From Bdellovibrionales bacterium (GTDB taxonomy: Bacteria; Bdellovibrionota; Bdellovibrionia; Bdellovibrionales; UBA1609): DNA of 64,000 nucleotides. The notes under the pieces are model-generated. The model saw nothing but the letters and a program-made list of their open reading frames with translations, was not told the origin of the DNA and made no database searches. Below, in pieces: positions 18,596 through 27,889 of the stretch. The stretch spans positions 10,771 through 74,770 of the forward strand of contig JALZUR010000005.1 of NCBI GenBank assembly GCA_023301025.1, given 5' to 3'. Numbering within the stretch: the stretch's first letter is position 1; each line of letters begins with the position of its first letter. The translations under genes and the position numbers were made by a program.

Positions 18596-21103
18596 GTGCT
18601 TCTTATGACACCTAATAAGCTGACACCCAAAAAGCCAACGCCTTTAATGAAGCAGTATGCAGAGATAAAGCGTAACCACCCCAAAGATCTTTTACTGTTT
18701 AGAATGGGAGATTTTTATGAGCTTTTTGGTGATGATGCAAAAACAGCTTCTGATGTTTTGAATATTACACTTACTCAGAGAAATAAAAAATCAGGGGATG
18801 AAACATTGATGTGTGGATTTCCTCACCACTCAAAAGATGGGCCAATAAATAGGCTTTTAAGTGCTGGGTATTCCGTTGCTCTTTGTGATCAGCTTGAAGA
18901 TGCAAAAGATGTTGCAAAAGGGTCAATTGTAAAAAGAGGAGTAACTCTCATTCTTTCTCCTGGTGTTGTTTATGATCCCTTTGGTTTAGATAGAGCGCAA
19001 ACCCATGAAATTTTATGTTTTAACAGCAAAGAAGTTTCATGGCTTGAACCTTCTACTGGTCTTGCATTTTTTAAATCTGTTGAGTGCTTTACAGATATCT
19101 TGCAGATGGTTTTAAAGATAAATCCAAAAGAAATTGTAGTCTATGATGAAGAGCAAGCTTCAAAACTTAAAGATCTATATAAAGGCTCTATTGTTTTAGC
19201 AGCTGATCGTAGTTTCTTATCAACAGATTTTGAACCTAAAAACATGCTTATCAGTTATGTAAAAGGAATGCAGGGAGAGCATTCTCTTTTTGGTTTTGAA
19301 AACTGGGTAGAAGTTAAGACCACAGAATCTTTAAAGATGAATCTGCAATTTTTGAAACATCTTGAAGTTTTTGAGACAAATGAAGGCCACAAAGATAAAT
19401 GTATTTTTAATGTGATTAAAAAAACAAAAACACCTGGAGGCTCAAGACTACTTAGGCGAATGCTTTCAAATCCTATAAAAGATAAAGATGTTCTTACCAA
19501 GCGTCAAAAAAATATTAAAGAATGGTATGAAGGATCATTTTCAGAGCTTGAAGATTTTAGAAGATCTCTTCATGAAATTGGTGACTTTGAAAGACGAGCT
19601 ACTAGAGCGGGGCATTCTTTAGGTAAGCCCATTGATCTTTATCGACTAAAAAACTCACTTAAGGCTTTTGTGAATGCCTTTATGTGTGTACCAAGTAAAA
19701 ATGTAGAACTTTCTAAAGCACTTAGTAATCTTGTAAGTAAATTAGACTCTGCTTTAGTAGATGATATTTCTTTGCTAAATGACTCTAAAGTTGGTGGTAT
19801 TAAAAAAGCTTTTGATGAAAAGCTTGATGAATTTATTGATATATCTGTAGATTCTCAGAGGTTGGTTTTAGACCTTGAAGAAAGAGAGCGCTCGTTAACT
19901 GGCATAAACACTTTAAAAGTTCGTTTCAATTCTGTTTTTGGCTATTACATTGAAGTTACAAAGACTCACAAAGATAAAGTTCCTGAACGCTACATGAGAA
20001 AGCAAACTTTAACCAATGCTGAGAGGTACTCGACCGATGAGCTTTCAACGCTAGAAGAGAAAGTGATTAATGCAAAGTCAAAGCGTCTTCAGTTGGAAAA
20101 AGAGATATACAAACGATTAAAAGACTTGGTTCGATCTAATCTTGTTGAGTTGAAAAAATGTATTTTAATGTCTAATGAATCAGATCTTTACTCTTCAATG
20201 GCTTTTTTGATGCATGAAAAATCTTTTAGTCTTCCAAAGTTTTGTGATGAGAATCAACTTTTTATTAAAGCCGGATTTCACCCTGTTGTTTCTGATGACT
20301 TATCTTTAAAAGGTATAGGCTCTTTTGTTACCAATAATTTAAAAATTGATTCTGATAATAGACTTTTTTTAATAACGGGTCCTAATATGGCTGGTAAAAG
20401 TACGTTTATGCGAATGACTGTTCTTTGTGCTTACTTGGCTCAATGCGGACTTCCTGTACCGGCGGAAGAGGCTACACTTCCTATTTACAATGGACTTTTC
20501 ACAAGAATTGGAGCTTCTGATGTTTTATCTGAAGGGCTCTCAACTTTTATGGTTGAGATGAAAGAAACTGCTGAGATTTTAAATGAAGCTGATCAAAGAA
20601 GTTTAATTGTCATGGATGAGATTGGAAGGGGGACTAGCAGCAGAGATGGTGAAGCGCTTGCCGAGAGTTTATTAAAGCATATAAGTTTAAAATTAAAGTC
20701 TCATTGTCTGTTTGCGACACACTACCATGAGCTTACTGATAAAGTTGATAGCATTGAAGCTGTAAGAAACATTCATTTAGGTTATTTGAATAAAGAGGGT
20801 GAGATTATTTTTACGTATAAAATAAAAAAAGGTGCTTCTAAGAACTCTTATGGTATTGAGGTAGCAAAACAGGCAGGTCTTCCAAGTTCAGTTCTTGAGT
20901 ACGCTAAAAAAGCTGCAAGTTTTGAACTCAATTCTTGTGACATTCAAAAAAACACATCTAATGATGAATTTCGTCAGCTTGAGTTTTCATTGTCTTCTAA
21001 AGCTCCTTTTTGGATTGAAGAGTTAAAGACTTTAGACTTGAATCAGATGACACCAGTTGATGCACTTATTAAGCTAAGCAAATGGAAAGAAGTCTCTTCT
21101 TAA
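18596..21103 (+). CDS. mutS: DNA mismatch repair protein MutS
   Basis: TPLMKQY, FRMGDFYELF, ITGPNMAGKSTFMR, STFMVEM, DEIGRGT, FATHYHEL, SYGIEVA. Confidence 0.97.
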   Translation: MLLMTPNKLTPKKPTPLMKQYAEIKRNHPKDLLLFRMGDFYELFGDDAKTASDVLNITLTQRNKKSGDETLMCGFPHHSKDGPINRLLSAGYSVALCDQLEDAKDVAKGSIVKRGVTLILSPGVVYDPFGLDRAQTHEILCFNSKEVSWLEPSTGLAFFKSVECFTDILQMVLKINPKEIVVYDEEQASKLKDLYKGSIVLAADRSFLSTDFEPKNMLISYVKGMQGEHSLFGFENWVEVKTTESLKMNLQFLKHLEVFETNEGHKDKCIFNVIKKTKTPGGSRLLRRMLSNPIKDKDVLTKRQKNIKEWYEGSFSELEDFRRSLHEIGDFERRATRAGHSLGKPIDLYRLKNSLKAFVNAFMCVPSKNVELSKALSNLVSKLDSALVDDISLLNDSKVGGIKKAFDEKLDEFIDISVDSQRLVLDLEERERSLTGINTLKVRFNSVFGYYIEVTKTHKDKVPERYMRKQTLTNAERYSTDELSTLEEKVINAKSKRLQLEKEIYKRLKDLVRSNLVELKKCILMSNESDLYSSMAFLMHEKSFSLPKFCDENQLFIKAGFHPVVSDDLSLKGIGSFVTNNLKIDSDNRLFLITGPNMAGKSTFMRMTVLCAYLAQCGLPVPAEEATLPIYNGLFTRIGASDVLSEGLSTFMVEMKETAEILNEADQRSLIVMDEIGRGTSSRDGEALAESLLKHISLKLKSHCLFATHYHELTDKVDSIEAVRNIHLGYLNKEGEIIFTYKIKKGASKNSYGIEVAKQAGLPSSVLEYAKKAASFELNSCDIQKNTSNDEFRQLEFSLSSKAPFWIEELKTLDLNQMTPVDALIKLSKWKEVSS

Positions 21104-23139
21104 GCCAAGGCAAGCAAAAACGTGTAGAGAGCTATGGCCTCTCTATTACCAAAAGCTCCTTGGAAGAGTTTCAAGCTCTATTTTTTGAAAAAATTAAAGA
21201 AGAGGTCTTAGACTCGCTCTCAACTCTTAATAAAGAGTTAAAAGAAAAGCTTTATTTTTTAGGGTCTTTTGGACTTGGTCAGCCCTGTCTCTTTTCTGAT
21301 CTCGATCTATGTTTTATAGGAGAGCTTTCTGAAGAAAAAAAATCTCAATTAGAGTCTGTTTTAAGAAAGAACTTTAGGAAACATAGTTTACTTGTTGCAA
21401 GTAAAGTTGAAGAGTTAACTTCCATAACTAATTTTAAAACTCTTGTTTCTTTAAGATCTATTACGCCTTTATTTTCTACTCAAGAGTGCTTAAAAAAAAG
21501 GGTTGAAGAACTGGTAATCACACCAAAATTAGAGCATATAAAAAATTCTGTAAAACATGAAACTTTAAAAAGAAGATTGCGTTTTGGTGATGAAGCTGGA
21601 CGTCTTCTTTTTTCTTTTAAAACAGTTAGCGGTGGGATTTTAGATTTAAAAACACTTGATCTCTATAATCTAAAAGAGAGTAAAAAAGAATTTTTTTTCT
21701 ATAAAGTAAGAGCTTTAAATCAAATTCTTTACAAAAAAGATCAATTTCATGTGACTCATGCTTCAAAGCTTTCTCAGTTGATGAATAGCACTTCAGAGCT
21801 TGCATTTTTTGACGCCATCTACCTGAAGCTTAAAGAAACTAAAGTAAAAATTGATAAGGTTTTACTTAATAAAAACAATTGGTTAACAGAAGGTTTTAAG
21901 AGTTTAGGTTTAATTATTAGCAAGAGTGAATCCACTGAGTTTTTAAATAGAATTCACAGTCTTTGGTCTAGAGTAAACTCACCCAAATACCACACCTACA
22001 CAGTAGGGGAGCATTTAAAAGCCTGCTTTTTAGAGATGGTTTTGCTTATTGAAAAAGATGGGGAAACTCAAAATCTGACTAAAGAAGAAAAGGAAGTACT
22101 TTTGTGGGCGTCATTGTTTCATGACCTGGGAAAAGATCAAACAGAAGTTCCGCATTCTATTCAAGGAGCGGTTTATGCAGGAGAGTTTGGACGCTTATGT
22201 GGATGGACTGGGGCAAGAATTGCGTCGGTGTCTTGGCTTGTTAGAGAGCATTTAACTTTAGCAAGACATGCATTTAAAATGGACCCTTTTAACCCAAAAC
22301 TTATAGAAAGGCTTTCTTTGAAGGGTGTTTCTGGAAGGAGAGCTGTAAAACTTTACTTTTTAACCGTGGCAGACACTAAGGCTACAAATCCTAAATCCTG
22401 GTCTGAATTTAAGAAAGATATTTTATCAGCTGTTCTAAAGCAGATTTTAGGTTTTGAAGATAAATTCAAGAGTGAGCTTATGTCTTTAGTTGATCCAAAG
22501 TTAGGGTTTTTAGTTGAGTCTTTAGGGTTAAAAGAAATCTCACTTATTCCCCATGAGTTTTTACTAAAAGACCTGAAGGAGGATTTAGAAGAGGGTTTCA
22601 AAGTCTACCAAAAGAAAAATGAAGATACTTTAAACCAAGATTTTTGGCTTAGGTTCTACTGCACTAATGATCATATTGGTCTTGCTTCTGAGATCTTAAC
22701 TTCTTTAAAACCCTTAGGAGTGTATGTAGATTTGGCCTTGTTTTCTTCTGGTTTTAAAACGCCTGTTGTCTACAACTGGTTAAAAATTGAATCAAGTTTA
22801 TCAATCAAAGCTTTGGAAAAAAGGTTAGCTTTATTGTCAAAAACTAAGAATACGGGTCTAGAACGAGCTAAATCTATGTTGATAGATTCTGTAAAAAACA
22901 AGGAGCAGAGTGATAAAGTATTTAAATCCATACAAGTGCGTTATAAAACAAGCAATTATGCTGTCATTTCTTTTAAAGGTGGGGATCAAAGTGGTCTACT
23001 CTTAGCCGCAGTTGTAATGCTTGCTGAGGCTTCTATGTCGATATTGTGGGGGCATGCAGTGACCTGGGGAAGAGATGCTGAAGATGTTTTTGGGGTCTCT
23101 TACAATGAAGAATCTGATTGGGATTTTTTAAAGGTCTAG
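21082..23139 (+). CDS. GlnD-like nucleotidyltransferase/HD-domain protein (divergent)
   Basis: LGSFG...SDLDL NTase motif, YHTYTVGEH, LFHDLGK, HSIQGA, WLVREHL, LTVAD; degenerate ACT-like tail (DQSGLL, AEDVF). Confidence 0.7.
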   Translation: MERSLFLSQGKQKRVESYGLSITKSSLEEFQALFFEKIKEEVLDSLSTLNKELKEKLYFLGSFGLGQPCLFSDLDLCFIGELSEEKKSQLESVLRKNFRKHSLLVASKVEELTSITNFKTLVSLRSITPLFSTQECLKKRVEELVITPKLEHIKNSVKHETLKRRLRFGDEAGRLLFSFKTVSGGILDLKTLDLYNLKESKKEFFFYKVRALNQILYKKDQFHVTHASKLSQLMNSTSELAFFDAIYLKLKETKVKIDKVLLNKNNWLTEGFKSLGLIISKSESTEFLNRIHSLWSRVNSPKYHTYTVGEHLKACFLEMVLLIEKDGETQNLTKEEKEVLLWASLFHDLGKDQTEVPHSIQGAVYAGEFGRLCGWTGARIASVSWLVREHLTLARHAFKMDPFNPKLIERLSLKGVSGRRAVKLYFLTVADTKATNPKSWSEFKKDILSAVLKQILGFEDKFKSELMSLVDPKLGFLVESLGLKEISLIPHEFLLKDLKEDLEEGFKVYQKKNEDTLNQDFWLRFYCTNDHIGLASEILTSLKPLGVYVDLALFSSGFKTPVVYNWLKIESSLSIKALEKRLALLSKTKNTGLERAKSMLIDSVKNKEQSDKVFKSIQVRYKTSNYAVISFKGGDQSGLLLAAVVMLAEASMSILWGHAVTWGRDAEDVFGVSYNEESDWDFLKV

Positions 23140-23257
23140 TTGTGCGTCTAGTTTTTGCTATATGTAAGATATAGGTCCTTGCGTCCAGACTTAATTACTG
23201 TGTAAAATTTTAGTAAGCCCAAAGGTTGGGACTTTAGAAAATATAAGGAGAGCAAGG

Positions 23258-23629
23258 ATGCTTAGAGAAGTTTTAATTAAAGAGGGTTTGTCAAATCGTG
23301 AGGCTGAAGTTGCTGAGTTAGTAACTCAAGGTCTTTCTAATAAAGAAGTTGCATCAAGACTTTTTGTAACTGAAAAAACTGTAAAATTTCACCTTACTAA
23401 CATTTATAAAAAAATGAATGTAAAATCTAGAGCCCAGCTTATCGTATGGTGTCTGCCAAACATGACATTCATAGAAAGAGGCGGAGATAAAAGAAACACA
23501 GATAATACTAATGGTTTTTCTAATGGAATTCCTACAGGTCACTCTCCAGTTTCTTCACAGAACACAGAAGCAAACACTGCAGAGACTCAAACAATTCTTC
23601 CAGGTTCTTACAATAAAGTTAAGTTCTAG
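23258..23629 (+). CDS. Stand-alone LuxR-type HTH transcriptional regulator
   Basis: LSNREAEVAELVTQGLSNKEVASRLFVTEKTVKFHLTNIYKKM; SD AAGGAG. Confidence 0.9.
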   Translation: MLREVLIKEGLSNREAEVAELVTQGLSNKEVASRLFVTEKTVKFHLTNIYKKMNVKSRAQLIVWCLPNMTFIERGGDKRNTDNTNGFSNGIPTGHSPVSSQNTEANTAETQTILPGSYNKVKF

Positions 23630-23649
23630 AAGAATAGGTTTTTATTAAA

Positions 23650-24141
23650 ATGAATTTTATAGAAGGCAGCCCCCAAGCCTCTGAGGTCACAATGACTCAG
23701 TTGGTTCTGCCTTCACACACCAACAACCTTGATACGGTTTTTGGTGGAACTATTATGTCTTGGGTTGATATTGCGGCCGCAATCTGTGCAGGTCGCCACT
23801 GTAAAAAAGATGTAGTCACAGCTAGTATTGATGCTCTTCACTTTTTAGCACCTATTCACAAAGGCTGGGTCGTTGAAATCAAAGCTCGCGTAAATTTTGT
23901 ATCAAATAAGTCTTTAGAGATTGGTGTAATTGTTGATGGCTTTGAACCAAGAACAAATATAAAGCACCATACAGCCTCAGCTCTTTTAACTTTTGTGGCT
24001 TTAAACGAAGACAAAACAACTTCTTCTGTACCACCGCTAGTTATTGATTCTGATGAAGACAAACGTATTTGTGATGAGGCTTTAAAAAGAAAAGCTTATC
24101 GCCTGACACAAAAGAAAAATCTTTTAAAAAGTAGATCATAA
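23650..24141 (+). CDS. Acyl-CoA thioesterase (hotdog fold, YciA-like)
   Basis: HTNNLDTVFGGTIMSWVDIAA, VVTASID, FLAPI, FVAL. Confidence 0.9.
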   Translation: MNFIEGSPQASEVTMTQLVLPSHTNNLDTVFGGTIMSWVDIAAAICAGRHCKKDVVTASIDALHFLAPIHKGWVVEIKARVNFVSNKSLEIGVIVDGFEPRTNIKHHTASALLTFVALNEDKTTSSVPPLVIDSDEDKRICDEALKRKAYRLTQKKNLLKSRS

Positions 24142-24222
24142 AATTATAAATTCTTTAGAGTGTTCTTTTAAAAGGCACAATCACTGTAGTGGTTTATTTT
24201 TGGTGCACAGCTAGACATTACT

Positions 24223-24251
24223 TTTACATTACTGTCGGTATTTGCTACTCT
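24223..24251 (+). promoter_or_regulatory. Sigma70-like promoter with extended -10
   Basis: TTTACA (24223-24228), 17-nt spacer ending TGC, TACTCT (24246-24251). Confidence 0.55.
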
Positions 24252-24289
24252 GTATATGACATTCTTATGTCAAAAAGGAGGTGGTGCCC

Positions 24290-24343
24290 ATGAATCAATG
24301 TGAAATACCGGGCGCCCTATCCAGCGAGGTAGGGCGTTCATAG
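24290..24343 (+). CDS. Candidate 17-aa peptide MNQCEIPGALSSEVGRS
   Basis: ATG preceded by AAAAGGAGGTGGT, a near-perfect anti-SD complement; TAG stop; below the ORF-track size cutoff. Confidence 0.45.
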   Translation: MNQCEIPGALSSEVGRS

Positions 24344-24351
24344 AAACGTTG

Positions 24352-24378
24352 AGGCGGTCCAAATGGGCCGCCTTTTTT
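24352..24378 (+). terminator. Intrinsic terminator
   Basis: AGGCGGTCC-aaat-GGGCCGCC followed by T6. Confidence 0.85.
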
Positions 24379-25459
24379 ATATTTTGGGGGACTCTTTAGT
24401 GATATTAATACTTTGGGTAGGAAAGGCTAGCTCAAACCCTTTTTTGTTAAATTCCTCAAGTATTAATAAATTTGTTTGGTTCTGCGTTTTAAAGATGTCA
24501 GCTTCTTTTTTGATATAGTAAATAAAGGTGATATCCATTGAGTAACTGTTAAAGCCTGTAAATGCAGTAACACACTCTTTTTCATGGCCATAAACTTTAC
24601 TTGAGATGTCTTTTAAAGTGTCCATAGCTTCTTTTAATTCTTCAGGTTTTGTAGCGTAGGTAAGGCCTAGGATTAAAGTGATTTTTCTTGATTCTTCTGA
24701 CGAGACATTTTCTACCGAGTTTCCAATGAATTTAGAATTTGGAAGTGTTACAGTCCTGCCATCTAATTTTGTAACTTTAGTACTTCTAATTCCAATGCTT
24801 TTTACAACACCATCTGTGTTTTCAATTATTATTCTATCTTTAACACAAAAAGGTTTATCCATAAAAATTGTTAAGCCGCCAAAAATATTTGAAAGAGTGT
24901 CTTTTGCAGCAAGTGCAAAAGCTAACCCCCCTAAGCCTAAACCTGCTATGAGAGAAGCAATATTGTAGCCCGCATTGTCCAAAGCTAAAACCAAGGCCAC
25001 AAACCAAATGAAATAAGTTCCAAAATTTTCAATTAAAGGAAGAATTTGGTTGTCAAATTTCGACTCCGTTTCATTGACTCTAGGCCAGATAAAATAATCT
25101 ATAAATGTTTTTAAAATACGAACTAAAACCCAAGCAATAGACATGGTTAAAGCAAAAAAGAAAATTTTACTTTTAATTAAAGCTTGTGGTTCCGTAAAGT
25201 CTAAAAAATCTAAGCTTATATGAACACTAAAAATTAGAAGTATAGTTAAAAGTGGTTTCTCTAAAATCTTTAGAACTTTATCATCGTATTCTGTTTTAGT
25301 TTTTTTAGCACATTTTGATACAAGAGTGATCAAGATCCAGATAATAAGTTTTGCAATAAAATAAAGTGCTACTAAAGAGCCTGCAAAAAATATCCACTCC
25401 TTAAAATATGCTGGAAGGCTTGTTCTTTCATATAAGTTATTTAGGGTAGAAGTATACAT
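24377..25459 (-). CDS. MscS-family mechanosensitive channel
   Basis: SLIAGLGLGGLAFALAAKDTLSNIFGG, PFCVKD, IGIRST, LPNSKF, LAFPTQ. Confidence 0.92.
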   Translation of the reverse strand: MYTSTLNNLYERTSLPAYFKEWIFFAGSLVALYFIAKLIIWILITLVSKCAKKTKTEYDDKVLKILEKPLLTILLIFSVHISLDFLDFTEPQALIKSKIFFFALTMSIAWVLVRILKTFIDYFIWPRVNETESKFDNQILPLIENFGTYFIWFVALVLALDNAGYNIASLIAGLGLGGLAFALAAKDTLSNIFGGLTIFMDKPFCVKDRIIIENTDGVVKSIGIRSTKVTKLDGRTVTLPNSKFIGNSVENVSSEESRKITLILGLTYATKPEELKEAMDTLKDISSKVYGHEKECVTAFTGFNSYSMDITFIYYIKKEADIFKTQNQTNLLILEEFNKKGFELAFPTQSINITKESPKI

Positions 25460-25631
25460 AGGTTTTATTACTCTATAAAGAACACACTAACAAGACCTGT
25501 AAAAAACTCATAGTTTCATACGTAAATGTATAAGATCTCATGAATAAAGCTTCAGACTTAAGAGATTTTGCTTGAGCCTTGTCTTTAACATCATGCTCTG
25601 TTTAGATTGTTTTAATAGGTTTTAACGTCGT

Positions 25632-26840
25632 ATGGGAGAGAAAAATACTATGGATATTTATCTTAAAAGAAGTCTAAGAAAGTCCATTAAACGGGGACAC
25701 CCATGGGTTTATAAAGAAGCTTTAGAGATCCCTAAGTCTTTAAAAAAATTGTCTGACTTCGTACTTTTAAAAGACAATAAAGGCTTTGTTGCTATGGGTA
25801 TATATGATTCTAAGGGAGCTATAGCTTTTAGGAGTCTAGATTTTAATCCTCTAAAGTTAAGTGAACTTAAACCTCATTTATTAAGTGTGATTACAAAAAG
25901 AAACAGGTTAAACACGTCTTTGACCAGTGGTTTTCGGTTAATCAATGGAGAGGGTGATGGGTTTTCTGGTTTAGTTTGTGATGTATACAAGCATGTTTGT
26001 GTTGTGCAGTTTGATGGTCCTGGGATGAAAGATTTTTGGTTGAAAACAAAAGTTTTTGAACTTATAGCTGCACATTTTGAGAATATAAAAACAGTGGTTT
26101 ACAAACCACGATGTGATGAAGATTTGGTTCATCTACATGGGGAAGCTCTGGATTCGAAAATCATCTCCTTTAAAGAAAATGGTCTTCAATTTGAGTCTGA
26201 TATTTTAAATGGTCAAAAAACGGGTTTCTTTTTTGATCAAAGAGATAATCGTGAATATTTAAAAAATTTTTTAAAAGAAAACATAACAGAACCTTTAAAA
26301 AGTATTAAGAAAAGAACTGTTCTTAACGCTTTTTCTTACACAGGAGGTTTTTCTGTTTATGCAGGAGCTTCTGAATCGGTTTCAGAGGTTGTAAGTTTGG
26401 ACTTTTCAAAAGGTGCTGTTGCTGATGCGCAAAAAAATTGGGAGCTTAATGCTTTTGATTTGCGTATTCATAAAACACTACAGATAGATGCTTTTGAGTA
26501 TTTTAAAAATAAGAAAGATGCTAAGCGCTTTGATGTTGTTTTGGTAGATCCTCCCTCGATGAGTTCATCTTTAGAGACAAAACAAAAAGCAATACATAAA
26601 TACATAGAGCTTTTTTCAGATGCGGCCGCTCATGTTGTTAAAGGTGGGGACCTTTTTTTAAGTTCATGTTCTAGTCAAATTAGCTTTGAAGATTTTAATA
26701 AAATAGTAATCGAAGCTTTGTCTTTGGCTAATAAAAAAGCAAAAGTTCACAGATTTTCTGGTCAGGGCTTTGATCACCCCTATCCGCACTTTTGCCCTGA
26801 ACTGAGGTATTTAAAGTTTATACATTTGAGTCTTGATTAA
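25632..26840 (+). CDS. RlmI/RlmK-like class I SAM-dependent rRNA methyltransferase (PUA + MTase)
   Basis: RGHPWVY, NGEGDGFSGL, GQKTGFFFDQRDNR, LNAFSYTGGFSV, VDPPS, DHP...PELRYLK. Confidence 0.85.
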   Translation: MGEKNTMDIYLKRSLRKSIKRGHPWVYKEALEIPKSLKKLSDFVLLKDNKGFVAMGIYDSKGAIAFRSLDFNPLKLSELKPHLLSVITKRNRLNTSLTSGFRLINGEGDGFSGLVCDVYKHVCVVQFDGPGMKDFWLKTKVFELIAAHFENIKTVVYKPRCDEDLVHLHGEALDSKIISFKENGLQFESDILNGQKTGFFFDQRDNREYLKNFLKENITEPLKSIKKRTVLNAFSYTGGFSVYAGASESVSEVVSLDFSKGAVADAQKNWELNAFDLRIHKTLQIDAFEYFKNKKDAKRFDVVLVDPPSMSSSLETKQKAIHKYIELFSDAAAHVVKGGDLFLSSCSSQISFEDFNKIVIEALSLANKKAKVHRFSGQGFDHPYPHFCPELRYLKFIHLSLD

Positions 26841-26952
26841 GTGAGAACCTTTCTTATATAGCTCTCTTTTTACCGATTCATTTTAAGACAAACATCTAAT
26901 AATTTGTTACAAAAAGAGGCATAAAAATCACTTAGTCCAGTTATGGACGAGC

Positions 26953-26973
26953 TGTGACAAATTTGTGACAAAT
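26953..26973. promoter_or_regulatory. Tandem direct repeat with 11-bp period (OmpR/PhoB-type operator candidate)
   Basis: TGTGACAAAT-T-TGTGACAAAT, 28 bp upstream of the hemA start. Confidence 0.6.
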
Positions 26974-27001
26974 GAGAACTAATAGATATTAGTATAATTA
27001 T

Positions 27002-27889
27002 ATGATTTCTTTAGTTATATTAAACCTTTGCAACTCGTCATCTGATGATTCTACGGGAGTTGAACCTTTCTTAGAAAAGGGCTTAGAGCTAAAAACATGT
27101 CTAAGAAGAATGATTATAGTTGATCAAAGAGACTTTAACTTACTGAATGTTGGATCATCTGTGAAAGTATATCGTGGTTATGATGCCTTAAATTACGCTA
27201 TTAAAGTTATGTCGGGTTTAGAGTCACCTGTTTTAGGGGAGACTGAAATTTTTGGCCAGTTTAAAAAACAGGTTCTTCCGCAGCTAAATAAAGCTCATAA
27301 TAAAAAGTTTAATAAGCCTATTCAGTTTATTATTTCAATGGTTAAGCAAATAAGATCAAAACACTTTGTTGGACAAGGTGCTCAAACATACGGCGGGCTT
27401 GTTAGAAAGATCTTGAAATCAGAAGACAACGTTCTCTTTATTGGTGCTGGTAGTTTTGCTGAGTCTATATATCCTTGGGTAAAACCTCATAAAAATATTT
27501 TCTTTTCTGTGCGTACTCCTGAAAAGTACGGCGATCATGAGGTGTTTAAAGATGATGTTTTTTTTGATATAAATAAAGCCTTAACAACTCAAAACCCAAT
27601 AAGTTTGATTGTATGTGCTCCAATTTCTGCTGAGTTAATAGCAAATCATTTAAAAGGCACAAGCGTTACAACAATTATTGACTTAAGAGACAGCTCTGAT
27701 TCTGATCCTCTAGTGATTGAATCTGCACAAATTTACACCTTAGGTGAAGTCTTTAAAAAGATTTCCGATAATTTAGACAAAAAAATTGAAATCAAACGCA
27801 ATGTTGAACTTGATATTAAAGACCGTCTTAACAAAAAGCTTGAAAAATCTCGTCCTATCAGTTGGGATGAGACATGCACATTAAACTAG
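27002..27889 (+). CDS. hemA: Glutamyl-tRNA reductase (short form)
   Basis: KTCLR (catalytic Cys), SGLESPVLGETEIFGQFK, FIGAGS; first gene of the haem operon. Confidence 0.75.
   Translation: MISLVILNLCNSSSDDSTGVEPFLEKGLELKTCLRRMIIVDQRDFNLLNVGSSVKVYRGYDALNYAIKVMSGLESPVLGETEIFGQFKKQVLPQLNKAHNKKFNKPIQFIISMVKQIRSKHFVGQGAQTYGGLVRKILKSEDNVLFIGAGSFAESIYPWVKPHKNIFFSVRTPEKYGDHEVFKDDVFFDINKALTTQNPISLIVCAPISAELIANHLKGTSVTTIIDLRDSSDSDPLVIESAQIYTLGEVFKKISDNLDKKIEIKRNVELDIKDRLNKKLEKSRPISWDETCTLN

Larger units (their letters stand above)
24256..24378 (+). ncRNA. Candidate small structured transcript (sRNA or small-ORF mRNA)
   Basis: GC-rich intergenic island bounded by a promoter and a terminator; hairpins TGACAT/ATGTCA (24257-24272) and CGCCCTA/TAGGGCG (24313-24336). 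Confidence 0.55.

Noticed and set aside
24256-24378. Calling the structured RNA 6S RNA, tRNA or a known riboswitch
   Set aside because: No long rod with central bubble, no cloverleaf and no aptamer consensus that I recognise; left as an unnamed candidate.
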